NCBI RefSeq assembly: GCF_011386835.1
Contig: NC_088800.1
Span: 80,104,001 to 80,168,000 of the forward strand
DNA: 64,000 bases
Reading direction: 5' to 3'
Source of the DNA: Chrysemys picta bellii
Taxonomy: Eukaryota
Below are positions 47,370 through 58,890 of this stretch, in pieces; position 1 is the first letter of the stretch, and each line of letters starts with the position of its first letter. Position numbers and translations under genes: made by a program. The notes beneath the pieces are model-generated. The model was given only the letters and a program-made list of their open reading frames with translations, made no database searches and had not been told where the DNA came from.

Positions 47370-47595
47370 AAGAACAGGAGTACTTGTGGCACCTTAGAGA
47401 CTAACAAATTTATTTGAGCATAAGCTTTCGTGGGCTACAGTCTACTTCTTCGGATACATAGAATACATCTGCATCTGATGAAGTGGGCTGTAGCCCATGA
47501 AAGCTTATGCTCAAATAAATGTGTTAGTCTCTAAGGTGCCACAAGTACTCCTGTTCTTTTTGTGGATACAGACTAACATGGCTGCTACTCTGAAA
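47370..47595 (+). mobile_element. PLE fold-back fragment with hammerhead motifs, inserted in an LTR TATA box
   Basis: About 88-bp inverted arms (47370-47457 / 47471-47558); same family as 12741; TSD CCTCTTTTATAAT at 47357-47369 and 47596-47608 (the leading CC could belong to the element end). Confidence 0.88.
47471..47510 (+). ncRNA. Minimal type-I hammerhead ribozyme motif with canonical CUGAUGA core
   Basis: GCAT-CTGATGA-A-GTGGGC TGTA GCCCAT-GAAAG CTT-ATGC; predicted cleavage after CUU (47506). Confidence 0.72.
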
Positions 47596-47770
47596 CCTCT
47601 TTTATAATGTAATTCTGACAATACCTCATTAGCATTTCTGCACACCATGCTCCCTGCGGTTAAGGCATATGTTAAAAAAATGTGATTACCATACTGGATA
47701 TCTTGTAAGCAAAAAATTTCTTTTACTGTTCACATTATTACCACTTGGTACTTCTTTTCCCGTAATCTGT

Positions 47771-48055
47771 GGCTAGGTCTACACTACCTGCCTGAATCAG
47801 CGGGTAGAAATCGACCTCTCGGGGATCGATTTATCGCGTCCCATGGGGACGCGACAATCGATCCCCCAATCGACGCTCTTACTCCACCAGCGGAGGTGGG
47901 AGTAAGCGCCATCGACAGGAAGCCGCAGAAGTCGATTTTGCCGCCGTCCTCACAGCGGGGTAAGTCGGCTGCAATACGTCGAATTCAGCTACGCTATTCA
48001 CGTAGCTGAATTTGCGTATCTTAAATCGACTCCCCCCTGTAGTGTAGATGTACCC
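47771..48055. mobile_element. PIF/Harbinger MITE, CpG-rich (young), nested in LTR
   Basis: Ends ggctaggtctacacta / tagtgtagatgtaccc; many intact tcga/cgcg sites; inner hairpin aattcagctacg...cgtagctgaatt. Confidence 0.85.
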
Positions 48056-48431
48056 TTAGGGCACTGGGTTATTCTACAGTCATTTACTTATGTCAGCATT
48101 TCTTATCTCTATGGCCTAGTATGGCTTAAGCTTCAATCTTGCAGACCTCAGCCTGTAGGCCTTAAGTTTCAGCCTTGCTTACTTAGATATCTAATACATG
48201 ATTACTCCTTCTAACTACTAATCAATCTTATACTTCTATAATCCTACAACTTAACTCTATTTAACATACAATGATTATAGATGATGTAACATGTTAGTTA
48301 ATTATAACATCACACAATAAATGAACAATAAACTAAAATCATGAGTGACATTATTATTGCTATTATTATTCCCTTTGATAAACTCAAATTCTTGGCGATT
48401 TGAGGATTCTGAAGTCTCAGGACTGAACTTA

Positions 48432-49016
48432 TATTGGAATTGGAAAAGGTTCAGAAAAGGGGTATGGAACGACTTCCGTATGAGGATAGATTAATAAGAC
48501 TTGGACTTTTCAGCTTGGAAAAGAGACGAGTAAGGGGAGATATGATTGAGGTCTATAAAGTCATGAATGGTGTAGAGAAAGTAGATAAGGAAGTGTTGTT
48601 TACTACTTCTCATAACATAAGAACTAGGGGTCACCAAATGAAATTAATAGGCAGCAGGTTTAAAACAAATAAAAGGAAGTATTTCTTCACACAACGCACA
48701 GTCAACCTGTGGAACGCCTTGCCAGAGGATGTTGTGAAGGCCAAGACCATAACAGGGTTCAAAAAAGAACTAGATAAATTCATGGAGGATAGGTCCATCA
48801 ATGGCTATTAGCCAGGATGGGCAGGGATAGTGTCTCTGGCCTCTGTTTGCCAGAAGCTGTAAATGAGCGACAGGGGATGGATCACTTGATGATTACCTGT
48901 TCTGGTCATTCCCTCTGGGGCACCTGGCACTGGCCACTGTCGGAAGACAGGATACTGGGCTAGATGAACCTTTGGTATGACCCAGTAGGGTCATTCTTAT
49001 GTTCTTATGTTATGTT
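48432..49016 (+). mobile_element. CR1 (PsCR1-like) 5'-truncated copy: ORF2 C-terminus plus complete 3'UTR
   Basis: ORF 48434..48811 ELEKVQKR...[20 protein letters not shown]...[38 protein letters not shown]...[14 protein letters not shown]; ends in (TTCTTATG)n tail. Confidence 0.95.
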
Positions 49017-49719
49017 AATGCGCAGGGGCTGCTCCAGGTCAGGGTTGGTAGTGTTCTGGGGGGTCTAGCATGAGGATATCAGGGGGGTGCTGCAGGTAAG
49101 GACTGACATGCAATACCATAGCTGTGTAAGGGACACAGAGTTCAGCAACCAGCAGTTCCCACTGAAAACACTGGCTGCTACTGGATGCTGCAGGAAATGA
49201 TGCCGCTGAGGCACTGAGCTGTGTGGGAGCCGGCGATGCTGCAAGTGAGGATTGAGGTGGGCTCGCCAGCAGTGGCCTAGCACAGGATGTTGCCAGTGAA
49301 GACCGAAGAGGATTGGCAGAGCTGGAATCAAGGCTGAGCTAACAGGGCTTTCCAGGGGCCCAAGCCAGGAATAGCAGGGGAGCTGGGGGGCAGCACTGGG
49401 GAATATTAGTCAAGTGGTGTAGTGAAGCCTGGAGAGCATCTGCTTTAGAAAGTACTAACAGTCCCTGGCTTTCCTCATGGCAACACCCAGCCAAACATTT
49501 TTAGCCATATGAGAAGTTATTGGGTTTCACATTCAAACTCTTCCCCACTCTGAGCCCTGCTTACACCAGCAAACCTCCCAGTGTCCTCACCTCAAGGAGA
49601 GTGACCATTCGCTTCGGTCACATTCCCCTGTGCTCGGATAGATCAAAAATAACCTACCGCCGCCGGGCTGAGATGCCACACAAAGCAATTGTCTCGTTGT
49701 TTTCTTGTGCTCCCCTGTC

Positions 49720-49875
49720 GGGCTGGCTGTATCCATCTGTTTCTCTTGTCTTATACTCAGAAGGGGCAGAGAGCACCTTTTTGTTCTGTGTTTGTACAGC
49801 GCCTTGCATAATGGGGTCCTAGGCCATAACTGGGGTTTCTAGATGCAATGATAATACAAATAAATAATAATAACT
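49720..49875 (+). mobile_element. MIR-like SINE 3' tail
   Basis: ggggcagagagcacctttttgttctgtgtttgtacagcgccttgcataatggggtcc...atacaaataaataataat. Confidence 0.7.
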
Positions 49876-50974
49876 ATCCCTGTGCCCCCAACTCCATTCA
49901 GCACCACACCTGCCACTAATATTTTGGATGGTATCAGAATGCTCCAAGGTAGCTCAATGATCCCCTCTAAATGGCAGGAAAAGATGTCCCAGACTAAAGC
50001 AGCAGGGAAGATAGGCACATGTGTGTTGGGGAGCGTGTCCACCAGGGAATGGTTGGGGGGGGGGGGGTTGAACCCCAAGATGGCCACTTGGCTATCCAGA
50101 AATTCCAATCGGAAGATCGTCTTTTTGGCCACCTTGTTTGTTATCTGGAGGCCAGATGGGTTGAGTGGAGGTAGCCAGGTAGTGAGCCCCCTGCATCAGG
50201 TGCAGCCGTGCTAAGCTCCAGGCTGGTGCAACCCACTTGTGTGCTGTATCACACGAAGGGCTTGAATAGAGCCATGTGTGCTAGCACCGTGGGGCCTGAT
50301 CCCTGATTGGGGAACTGCGGTAACAGGATCCTGGGGGACCTCCAAGGAACACAAAGCAACCCACCAAGCTGGAAGAATTCTCATGATAAAACAATAGAGC
50401 TATTCATGATCAAATTTGCAGCGGCGCAACATTTTGGCATCACTGTTAGTGGCTCTCTCTGACATGGCTTCCTGCTTATATTGGGCACCAGCACATGGAC
50501 GTTCAGAACTGGAGGTCTCTTGGGTAGGAGAGGTGATCGGCTCCTAACTAGCCCACCTCAGACCTGCTGCACCAGGCTGCCCCCATCCTGATATCTGTCA
50601 GATTGACCCCTAGGGCTACCCTGTCATTTGCAATGAATTTAAATGGTCTGATAATGGTTTGTTGCTGGTGTGATGTCATCAGGCTGCAACATGGTGACTC
50701 TACATTGTGATGTCACATGGTGATAGCATTGTGTCATGAAGTGATGACAAAACATCGTGGTGACATGATACAGTGGCTCGACACCAGGCTAAAAGTGGCA
50801 AACCTGAGCCTGCCATGTCCTTAACACTATTCCCAGGAGACTTACCCAGAATTCTTCTGGGATTCTTTGTGCAATCGTCTTGCAGGGTGATTGGTGAATG
50901 GTGTGATGTCATCATTTCCCAACAGCTCTGGCTCTCAGTGACAGTGCTATAAGAAATGACATCATAGTGGAGGG

Positions 50975-51600
50975 GTGGGGGAATGTGTGCTCTGCTTAAT
51001 TATCACTTAAGCAGTAAACAGAGTCATCAAGCAGGAAAGGAAACAAAGGAAGCTCAAACAGGTAAGAAAAAAGCAGCAGGGAACATCCTTCCATAGATCT
51101 TTTGCCTTCTGGTACCCAGCTGGAAATGTTTTTCAAGAGCGGGAACTGAAACTATAAAAAGGCAAGACAACCACCCCAAGAAGCCTCTCTCTTTCTCTCT
51201 GCCCATCGAGTCACTGTACCTGAAGGGATAAAGGAAGCAGCTGTTGGACTGGGGATGGGTCCTAACCTAAGAAGTTTGGTCAGTAAGACTGCTGAAAGCA
51301 TGTGGTGAGAAAACTTTGCTTTGAACTTAACATAGTTTGTTAAGTTTGGCATCAGTAGCATTTTATCTTTATTTTACTTGTAACCTTTTCTGACCTTTAT
51401 GCCTCATTACTTGCACTCACTTAAAATCTCTCTCTTTGTAGTTAATAAACTTGTTTTATCTAATCCAGTGTGTTTAAATTGAAGTGTGTGGGAAACTCCA
51501 TTTGGGGTGGCAGGTTGTGTACATATTATTCCTTTTAAAGAAATAATGGACCTAAAATAGCTTGTATTGTCCAGGAGAGGAAGGGTCAGTACTGGAGGGA
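50975..51600 (+). mobile_element. LTR remnant (Gypsy/ERV-type), boundaries approximate
   Basis: TATAAAAA at 51153-51160, T-rich R/U5 with AATAAA at 51444-51449, LTR-like composition; termini not resolved. Confidence 0.62.
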
Positions 51601-51682
51601 CAAAAGCCAAGTGCCAGAGCCAGGGGGTAATCAGAGTCATAAGCCAAAGGCAGAACTGGAGATCGAAACCTTCGGAGAAAGC

Positions 51683-51987
51683 TCATAGACTCATAGACTT
51701 TAAGGTCAGAAGGGACCATTATGATCATCTAGTCTGACCTCCTGCACAATGCAGGCCACGGAATCTCACGCACCCACTCCTGTAACAAACCCCTAACCTA
51801 TGTCTGAGTTATTGAAGTCCTCAAATTGTGGTTTAAAGACCTCAAGGTGCAGAGAATCCTCCAGCAAGTGACCCGTGCCCCATACTGCAGAGGAAGGCAA
51901 AAAACCTTTTAAATAAATAAATAAAATCTGCCCTGGAAGAAAATTCCTTCCCGACCCCAAATATGGCAATCAGTTAAACCCTGAGCA
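51683..51987 (-). mobile_element. CR1 3' end (TCTATGAG-tail subfamily)
   Basis: tcatagactcatagactttaaggtcagaagggaccattatgatcatctagtctgacctcctgcac...aaattccttcccgaccccaaatatggc. Confidence 0.9.
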
Positions 51988-52609
51988 AGCTGTTTGTGCC
52001 GGCAATGGTTATGGGGAGGAAAGGTACAGGGGAAGGGGAAGGATCAGGTGAAGCTATGGGTGAATTGCCATCTGCCGTGCTACATGTCTAATGAGTGATA
52101 CCCTAGCATAGCCCTGCTCCAACTCTTGTTCATTTTCATACCAAAACAAGGGGATGCTCTGTGAAACCAAAGGCAATAATTTTAGCACCCATAAAAAGGA
52201 AGCACTCCTCCCTGTAGCAAAGAGTCAACCTGTATCACTGTTCGGAGCAGGAAGTCAATGAGTCATGGACCGGGTAAGTATGTGACCATTAATAACATAG
52301 CTGGGCAATCAAACCTCCTACTCCAGGGTGTCAGCTGTTTGACCACAGGGATCAGGAAGGAAGCAGTGGGCAGCACAGCATAATTGGCAATGTGCATTAT
52401 CAGGGGCTGGCCTTTCCGTGAAGGCACCAGACATCGGTATCTCTCGGAGCCATCCAGCCAAACAGCCAACAAGTTACTGGGCCTGCAAAAGACTTTCTTC
52501 AAACATGTGTGAAAGCAAAACTTAGCTCTCACGAATTTTAGTGGACTCAGCATCAGCTCCTACGTCAGGATTGCTGGGCCTGCCTCAGCCAGAATGTTCC
52601 CCGCTGTAG

Positions 52610-53632
52610 CATAGTAAAAAAGGCATCCATGGGGAATCGTCAGCGGACGGGTGTGTTTCTAATGGGGTTCCGCGGGGATCACTACTAGGTAGGCCTGATG
52701 CTAGTCAACGTTTTCATCCATGATCAGAACTTAAATATAAAATCATGGCTGATAAAATTTGCAGATCACACAAAGATTGGCAGAGTGGTAACTGATGAGG
52801 CCAGGGCAGACACACAGAGCGATGTGGATCACGTGGTCAGTTGGGACCATACAAATAAAATATGTGTTAACACAGTCAAATGCAAAGTTATACAAGAAGA
52901 AGGAATTCAGGCCATACCAACAGAATGGGGGACTGTATCCTGGAAAGCAATGACTCTGAAGAGGACCTAAGCATCATAGCAGACAAGCTACTGAACATGA
53001 CCTTCCAAGGGAGTAGCAAGTAGGAGTAGAGAGGTGATTTTATCTCTATAAACAGGACTGGCGAGACCGATCCCGGAATATTGCATCCAGTTCTGGTGTC
53101 CACATTTTAAAAAGAAAGTTGAAAAATTGGGGGGAGTGCAGAAAAGAACCACAACATTTATTCAAGAGCTGGAGAAAAAGCCTGACAGGGAGTGATTGAA
53201 AAAGCTCAATCTGTTTTTAGTTTATCAAAAAGAAGGTTGAGAGGTGATTTGATTTACAGTACATCCATGGGGAGAAAATACCAGATACTAAAGAGCTCTT
53301 TAATCTAGCGGAGAAAGGCTTGATAAGAACTAGTGGCTGGACGATGAAGCCAGACGAAATCAGATTAGAAATTCGGCACAATTTAACAGTGAGGCTGATT
53401 AACCACTGGAACAAACTGCCAAAGGAAGTGTGGATTCCCCATCTCTTGACGTCTTCAGATCAAGGCTGGATGCCTTTCTGGAAGAGACGCTTTAGCCAAA
53501 TCCAAATTATACATTACTCACACACGTTATTATGCTCACGACAAGGGTAGCTGGATGAAAGGTAATGGCCTGGGTTATACAGGTCAGCTGACATGATCTA
53601 ACGGACCCCTTCTGGCCTTAAACTCTATGAAT
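52610..53632 (+). mobile_element. CR1/L3 LINE, about 1 kb 3' portion with disrupted RT
   Basis: ORF 52698..52970 NVFIHDQNLNIKSWLIKFADHTKIG is a decayed FINDL...KFADDTKLG RT motif; downstream ...IRLEIRHNLTVRLINHWNKLPKEV; 3' tail ccttctggccttaaactctatga. Confidence 0.92.
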
Positions 53633-56192
53633 TTCTGAATGATCTTACCCAGCCCGAAGGAATGGTGAAAAGGGTTTGGGTAGAGGTAGTTAAGAACTTT
53701 ACATGCAGCTGGTAAAGAAGCTTCCACAAGGAGGTGCTATCAGATAAGTTGCATTGTTTTATGTTTCAAGCCATTAATAACCTAGAACTAGCAGCTAGCT
53801 CCATGGAAACCAACTGGTAGTCAGTGACAGCGACTCCTGTTGCTATAGGAACAGGGCTCAAACAAACAAAAATTACCTATAATTTCTCCTCCCCAAAGTT
53901 CTCCCACATTGCATTTCCATAGCAACTAATTATCTGGTTAGTTATCCAAACCAAACCAGTGGCACTGCAGGAAATGCTCCTCCAGCACGTCTGGGTGCTG
54001 CAACCTTGCCCAGAAGCTCATTTAGGTTGGTTCATTACTAAGGACCATGCGAAGAAATGTGAGGGGCACAAGAAGCCGGGCATCTCTGGGTGGGTTCCCT
54101 TCATGCCTTCCATGTGACACATCTGGCCAAACACCAAGTGGGTCAGCCACACCTCAGTCGCCTTCTGCACTTCGGCTGCTGCAGCCTCCTCACGCCTCAT
54201 CTGGACTCAGCTTCGGTCTGCTCCAAAGGCTGTTGGTAGAGCCATGTTCTCCTGCAGCTCCAGCCAGGCCATTCAGTTCCCTTTGCTAACTCCTGCCTCA
54301 AAGCTCCATGTTCATCTTCACGGTGCTTCATGATTCCATCCCAGACCACACATCGGCTCTCATCTCCTCCCACTCTCTCTCCAGGCCCCTAAGTTTCTTC
54401 TTCGATGATCCCTCGACCATCATCCAGCCTATTAAATGGGTCTGATTATCTGAGTCTGATTCAGACAGCAAGCATCATGGGGAAGCAGCTGTATCTTGCA
54501 GTGTTTGTATGAGCCACCTCGTCATTATTATTCTGGCTCTGGGGCATGTATGTGCTGAAAGACAACGTGAAGTAGGGGAGGAAGCGGGGAAGGGTAAGAA
54601 TATTTTTAGCCAATAAATTGTAGCCCCAAAGAATGATCTGCTGTAGGATAAACTTCTGAGCGCAGTGTAACCCCCATAACTCCCCATCATCTCCAAGCCT
54701 AGAGGAGTTGAACCAGTGCCAGAGCAGGAAGACTTGACCCTAAGTGGGTGTCCAGCTGGACCTTGTTTCTGCAGCAGTGAAATGAGCTTTGGGGAATCCC
54801 GCTGTGTGTTAGGTACTGAGAGCTTGATTCAGATCTCACCCTGGTTTAAGGCTGGTGGAACGCCTCTGACTTGAACGACGTCACTCCTGATTCTCACCCA
54901 TGTAAATGGGAGCCAAATCGGCCCTAAGAGTTCAGACCTGAAAGAAGCTCTCCTGTTGTTCTGGCCAAAGCAGAGATGGACCTTATAGTCTTTGCATGGT
55001 CAAGAAGAGACTCAACTGGAGTTAATAGAAAGGGGATTGTTCATTGAGGCTGCTGGACACAGACAGACCCTGTTGTTCTCCCTGCCTTCGTAGCTCCCAG
55101 ACTGAGTGACATAACCTGTGCTGCTTAGCAGCAACAAACAGGGTCCCTCTAAGTCCTGGCCTGGACTCCACAGTCACAGAAGGGTCTATTGAATATACTA
55201 TAGGCCCAAGCTGCAAAATTCAGATCAAGATCTGAAGTTCCCCAATGTGCAGGATTTGGGGGGTCAAATCCAGGATTTTGGTTTCTCCCCTTATAGGCAG
55301 CCACAAAGCTGGGTTATGGATCCAAATTCCCTCAATGTTTGGGGGCACTGGCATCTGAGGAACTTTGGCTGAATCTTGCATTTAAAGGGCTGGAATGAGG
55401 ACGTTTTGCAAGAACCATGGAAAGAAATACACTAAAAAAGAAGCGCCAGAAGCATGCCTTTGACAAGTGTTTGTGTAATTAACACAAGTAAGTACTTTAG
55501 AGGGGATTGGGCACACTAAACCCCCAGCCATATGCCTGTGGAGTGACTGCCCCTCAATTAGTGTCAGGGAATTTGGACTCAAAGAGCCCGATTCTGATCT
55601 CAGTCACTGTGATGTGAATCAGTTGCAACCTCATAGAAGTCAGTGGAATCAATGTCGTAAAGCCAGTGTGCGTAAAGCCAGAAGTGGGCCCACACCGTCT
55701 TGGTTTCGTTTCCTTAAGCTTGGAAATCTTGCCCTCTCTGAAAAGACCAGATGAGACGGGAAGAAGCAACAATAAAAGCCCAAGCCTTAGGATTTAGTAG
55801 AGCATCCACATGAGTGGTCCTGATCCAAAACCCAATTAGAGCAACAGAAAGACATCAGATAAATTCAAGGGACGGGGAATTAGGAACACGGAGTTCTTGG
55901 AAAGCATCATTTCCAGTCTGCAATGTCCAGTTAAGTATCTGCTGTTTAATTGGTGTGGTGTTCTGGTAAGTGGTCGTGTCAGGGGTCTGGAGACATCTGC
56001 CAGCCTCCAGCATTCTGAGAATTCCCTTGAAATCTCATCGGCTTCTGCCCATTACCTTGGCAGCGATGCTGCTCAGACCTTCAGACAGATGTGCAAAACA
56101 GATGTGCCTCTTTGGTTCCCCCCTCCCCAGCACTGTTCTCTCCCTAGCATAAACGTGCTCAGAACTGACCTGTTCAAAGGTTGCACTGCTTA

Positions 56193-56401
56193 CAGGGCCG
56201 GGGCAACCCACTAGGCGACCTAGGCGGTCGCCTAGGACACTGACATTTGGGGGGCGGTGACTGCGGCAGCCGGATCTTCGGCCGCCCCAATCGTCCGCGG
56301 TATTTTGGGGGCAGGACCTTCCGCCGCCTTTGTTGGGGGGGGCATTTCGGGGGCGGGACCTTCCGCCGCCTAGGGCGGCAAAAAAGCTGGTGGCGCTCCT
56401 G
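56193..56401. mobile_element. hAT MITE (CAGGGCCG family), 209 bp
   Basis: Ends cagggccggggc / ggcgctcctg; TSD ACTGCTTA / GCTGCTTA (7/8); internal ggaccttccgccgcc x2. Confidence 0.87.
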
Positions 56402-57373
56402 GCTGCTTAACATTATCAGACACCAGTTCATTCACCCTGAGCACTGTACTCAGAAGCTACAAACATCATGAAGGCTGGTGCCCATACTCATTTTGTGGTT
56501 ATTAATTTCTCTCCTCCCTATACTCTGGCCAGCCTCTCCCCACAGAAAATGGAAAAGGGGAGAAGGACAAGGATCTGCATCGCCCTCTTCTCCCTGGAGA
56601 CCACCAAACTCTCAGCAGCAGCATGTCCCAAAACTTGTCGCAAGCTATATCGTACATCGGGGTAGTTCCCCTACCAGGTCATCCAGCCCTGAGTTTGCTG
56701 CCTTCTGAGTTCTCTCAGGCAGTGGGCCAGATCCTGAGCTAGTATAAATCGGCATAGCGCCATTGACGCTAATGGATCTTTGCTGAACTGGCCTAGTGAC
56801 TTCAAGACAGTTCTCCAGGCCTTGTGGACGTTCCCCCCACCCCCAAAGAACAGCGTTCTTATGAAGCTTGATTTGCATAATGACACTGAGAGTAGGAAAT
56901 TCTTTACCCCATTCATAAAAGTAGCTGCCTATGCTGCAAAGGAGGACAGTTGCAAGGAGAGTAAAGGAGGCAATGAAGCCCAGTGAGGTGCTGCCAACAA
57001 GGTGCTCCCACAGAAATGTCCCCTGGCCCCTGTAATAAACCCCATCTCCCAGCGGCGCATGCACACAAGAACCGTGGGGTGAGGGAGGAGAGGATCTATT
57101 TGTATTGCCATGTAAACACAACTCTTTCTTATAACCACAAAGAAAGGAGGCGAACAGACTTTTCTTCCATAATGCACTTTGCTGGAAATGTATCATCCTT
57201 TGCTCCTGAAGACTAGCCAGGGAACTGCCGAGAGCAAAGCAGAGTCACTTGCACTAGAAAGTAAGGATGAAATGGGAGGTAGGATGAATACCCGGTATAG
57301 GGAACTCAGACATATCCTGGCCCAGGAGATAGTACAATCCAATCCACCACCAAATTAGCTCTTTGAAAGCACC

Positions 57374-57683
57374 CAGTATTGCCAACCCCAAACATTCAAA
57401 AATCAGGAGTCAGGCCTCCAAAATCATTAGTTTATTTTTTTTTAATCTCATAATTATTAAGGTAAAGTGGGGTTCTTTTTCACTGGGGTTTGAACCTCTA
57501 AGGTGCTCTCTGGTTGCATTTTCAAGTTTTTCTCTGCAGACATGAGTGCTAGAAACTTTTTTTTAAAAAACAAAAAGAAAGCTGAGATTGTCAGACAATC
57601 ACTTGATTCCCGGAGCTGGGGCTTTAAGTAAAACACCAGCTATCATGAGACTCGTGAGGAAATTGTGAGAGCTGGCAACACTG
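57374..57683. mobile_element. hAT non-autonomous element (CAGTGTTGCCAAC-type TIR), 310 bp
   Basis: Ends CAGTATTGCCAAC / GCTGGCAACACTG; TSD not readable because an LTR begins 4 bp downstream. Confidence 0.8.
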
Positions 57684-57687
57684 ACAT

Positions 57688-58890
57688 CGTTCTTCTGCAC
57701 CTGGGAATGTCATTACTGGCGGGGATGATTCAATAGTATCAAGAGATTGGAGGTGGATTTTGTAGTAAGAGGAGGCCCTGAAATATAAACCTTGGTATCA
57801 GAGGCCTGGTATGAGGCCTAAGGCCTAAACTAAAGTAATGGTCAAGACTTTGCTAATATGAAGCAAAGTTAAACTGTGAGCAAGAGGCAGGCCCTGCTCA
57901 CAGAAGTTGGCAAGGAAAGGGCTGATGTTGCAGAAATACATATTCATTTAGCATAGTTACAGTATAAACATGGTACCAAGACACACTATACCGGAACATT
58001 CCACAGATAACATGGAACAGGCCGACCCATCCCAATGACAGGGGCAAAAGGGTAAAATGATGGATAGAGTTGTTTTGATCGAACCAACATATACAAGGTG
58101 AGAGGCGGCACCTTACTACATAGAGGGGTTGTACCTTGCTACGTAGAGGGGTTGAACCTCAATACGTCAGGAGTGATGTGTAACTTGTTTGTATCTGTGT
58201 ATAAGAATGCATCCCTGAGTGGATGTCTTTGTCCGGCCACGGGGGCAGTGGAAAGTCCCGCCACTGAGCCGGGTCCTTGCCAAGAGGCATCTATTAGTAG
58301 TATGCCCGGTAGACTAAGTAATCTACGGGGAACTGCAATTGTGTCCGAGATCGCAATAAACCTGGCCGAGGTGCCTTTGTACCTTACTAGACTCTGTGGT
58401 CATTGGGGGTTCTCGTCGGGTTTGCTGTGTCAGCTATCTGCGCAGAGCTGGGGCAGCACACAGAGGGAACACACGCACGCAGCCGAGTGATATCAACAGG
58501 AGAAAGCAGAAGCACCACACCGGTAGCATCTCACAACAGATTTCAGCAGAGGCAAGGATTTCACCCACGAGTTTCATCTCCCCCGCTCCCAGAAACAGAC
58601 ACAAGAAAGAAGCAGAAAGTCAGACACAGCCTGAGCAAACACAGAGTGTAGCAATAAGAAAAGCTTAGAGAGAGAGAGAGCTTTTGGGCTGAGTGCTGGC
58701 TAGAAAGGGGCTAAGAGCTCTGAGCAAAGAAATTGTCTCCAGCTATTTAATTCCTCATGTGTTCAGGGGAACAGGACTTTGTACCTTCTTGTGAATAAAT
58801 AGGATTGCACCATTATCAGTTTCTCCTCTTACTGGAAACAACCCATAGGGCTCCAAACTGGGACTAACTGTTTGGGTCAAAAGGGGAACA
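57688..58890 (+). mobile_element. Older LTR split by a younger LTR
   Basis: Termini (C/T)GTTC...GAACA, flanks ACAT / ATAT; AATAAA near 58795; interrupted at 57761-58538. Confidence 0.6.
57761..58538 (+). mobile_element. ERV-type solo LTR, 778 bp
   Basis: TGTAG...CAACA; TATAAGAA at 58200-58207; AATAAA at 58355-58360; flanks GATTTT / GATTTC; U3 repeat accttRctacRtagaggggttg x2. Confidence 0.85.

Larger units (their letters stand above)
46974..48350 (-). mobile_element. LTR remnant on minus strand hosting two younger insertions
   Basis: Minus strand: TGTCAC start (about 48350), AT-rich U3, TATAAAAG (47360-47367, duplicated at 47599-47606), AATAAA (47152-47157), CA-ending U5 near 46974-46983; exact ends and TSD uncertain. 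Confidence 0.65.

Noticed and set aside
48170-48350. Possible NUMT (AT-rich, G-poor strand)
   Set aside because: No mitochondrial gene or tRNA motif recognised; contiguous with the U3 part of the minus-strand LTR.
48434-48811. Clean 125-aa ORF as a host gene
   Set aside because: It is the C-terminus of CR1 ORF2 in a 5'-truncated copy lacking the RT core, with an internal deletion after KVQKR.
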